Made by a program: the position numbers and the translations under genes. Of a stretch of DNA of 32,571 nucleotides, positions 31,462 to 32,571 are shown one piece after another (the stretch's first letter is position 1; each line of letters starts with the position of its first letter). The notes below the pieces were generated by a model. It did no database searches. It was given only the letters and a program-made list of their open reading frames with translations, and was not told the origin of the DNA. Source of the DNA: Clostridia bacterium (GTDB lineage Bacteria > Bacillota > Clostridia > Christensenellales > CAG-314); contig JAZQUN010000067.1 in NCBI GenBank assembly GCA_045631385.1, positions 1 through 32,571 on the forward strand. Reading direction: 5' to 3'.

Positions 31462-32571
31462 TGGAAAATTTCAACTGAATAACACACTTTGCTACGGCGA
31501 CAAAAGTATTACTCACAGGGCGCTGATTTTGTCAAGCATTGCAAATGCACCTTCCGTTATTACAAACGCAAGCATTTGTGCTGACACATTGGCTACGGCA
31601 GAGTGCCTAGTAAGGCTGGGCGCAACTATCACGCGTGAAGGAACAACCTTTTACGTCAGCCCAATTACAACGCCAAATACCTTCGTGACCTTGGACTGCA
31701 AAAACAGCGGCACGTCGGCACGCCTTTTGGCTGGACTTGTTTGCGGACTAGGTGTAAAGGCAACCTTTGTGGGTGACGAGTCACTATCCAAGCGACCAAT
31801 GACACGCTTGACCAACCTGCTAGAACAAATGGGCGCAAAGTTTAGCTATCCTAGTGGATGTTTGTTCCAAACGGAAGGTGGCACACTTGTTGGCAAGCAA
31901 TTTGACATCAAGGTGGCATCGGCACAAATCAAAAGTGCGTTGCTGATTGCTGGGTTGTTTGCACAAGGCACAACGGTTGTTTGCCAGCCAACTTGTCGTG
32001 ATCACACGGAAATTATGCTTGCACAAATGAATGCAAATATACAAGTTGATGATGCTATCACCGTCAGCCCAAGCAAGCTTTGTGCAATGGATATACAAGT
32101 ACCAAATGATTTTTCTACGGCGGCGTTTTTGATAGCAGTAGGGCTAAAAAACGGCTGTACCTTGACTAACGTGGGCGTAAATGCCACACGATTAGGCTTT
32201 GTAAAGGTGCTGGCTAGTGCTGGCGCACAAATAGATTTTGCAAACGTTCGCACAATTTGTGGCGAGCAGGTTGCAGATATTGTAGTCAAGCCAAGCAAGT
32301 TGTCGCCAATGGTTGTATCAAAACAAGTGGTGGCAAGCTGTATAGACGAAATTCCAATTTTGGTAGCGTTGTCGCTTACGGCAAAGGGCGAAAGTGTCTT
32401 TTATGGACTTGACGAATTGCGTGTCAAGGAATGTGACAGACTCAACGCTGTAAGACTTTTGGCTGAGTCGTTTGGCCAAAGTGCAACTGTGTGGGAAGAC
32501 GACGGTGCAAATTTGAAAGTAACAAGCAACGGAAGCCCAGTACAAAGGGCAACGGTAACCACATTTAGCGA
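31448..32571 (+). CDS. aroA: 3-phosphoshikimate 1-carboxyvinyltransferase (EPSP synthase), 3' end beyond the window; absent from the supplied ORF track
   Basis: My own translation from ATG 31448 is open to the window end. It contains GDKSITHRALILSSIA, KNSGTSARLLAGL, LSKRPM, SAQIKSALLIAG, RDHTEIML, VPNDFSTAAFL, IDEIPILVALSLTAKGES and ELRVKECDRL. It overlaps the aroB end by 14 nt. Confidence 0.88.
   Translation, partial: MLHCSGKFQLNNTLCYGDKSITHRALILSSIANAPSVITNASICADTLATAECLVRLGATITREGTTFYVSPITTPNTFVTLDCKNSGTSARLLAGLVCGLGVKATFVGDESLSKRPMTRLTNLLEQMGAKFSYPSGCLFQTEGGTLVGKQFDIKVASAQIKSALLIAGLFAQGTTVVCQPTCRDHTEIMLAQMNANIQVDDAITVSPSKLCAMDIQVPNDFSTAAFLIAVGLKNGCTLTNVGVNATRLGFVKVLASAGAQIDFANVRTICGEQVADIVVKPSKLSPMVVSKQVVASCIDEIPILVALSLTAKGESVFYGLDELRVKECDRLNAVRLLAESFGQSATVWEDDGANLKVTSNGSPVQRATVTTFS

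Noticed and set aside
31820-32545. Three minus-strand ORFs (92, 98 and 75 aa) at the right end of the window
   Set aside because: All three lie antisense to the open aroA reading frame, which carries unmistakable EPSP synthase motifs.
1-32571. Scan for CRISPR arrays, tRNA/rRNA genes, transposases/integrases and prophage genes
   Set aside because: No spaced short repeats were seen. No intergenic gap is larger than about 210 nt, and none has cloverleaf-like GC-rich structure. No product resembles a DDE, serine or tyrosine recombinase or a phage structural protein.

Overview
This reads as a chromosomal segment from a Bacillota (Clostridia-like) genome. By eye it is roughly 40-50% GC, gene-dense and mostly on the + strand. 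I can support 41 protein-coding genes.

Most are housekeeping:
- uvrC (3' part), an ABC exporter pair, rpmE and trpS
- mscL, then mrnC-rlmB-sigH and dnaX-ybaB-recR
- mtnN, a DUF362/ferredoxin gene, greA-lysS and a yfbR-like HD nucleotidase
- an S41 peptidase, an M29 aminopeptidase, ppiB and ttcA
- a patatin, an MBL hydrolase and aroC-aroB-aroA

aroA runs off the 3' edge and is missing from the supplied ORF track. I saw no rRNA, tRNA, CRISPR array, transposase or integrase. Intergenic regions carry clear TTGnnn-17-(TGn)TAnAAT promoters and strong rho-independent hairpins.

Four places look non-ordinary:
1. A three-gene module is translationally coupled to trpS (3963-5978). It encodes a DUF5685-like Cys/His protein, an HPD-less J-like/TPR protein ending in a 10-Cys 'cysteine string', and a small polytopic membrane protein.
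2. An AT-rich two-gene orphan insertion sits between mtnN and the DUF362 gene (11955-13410).
3. A roughly 1 kb two-gene cassette of DUF4926-like small beta-rich proteins (22233-23050) is bracketed by a perfect 46-nt direct repeat. Each repeat copy is a bidirectional terminator hairpin.
4. A catalytically degenerate, permease-less ABC ATPase-like gene is coupled to the S41 peptidase (18493-20687).

All family calls come from motif recognition by eye. No searches were run.
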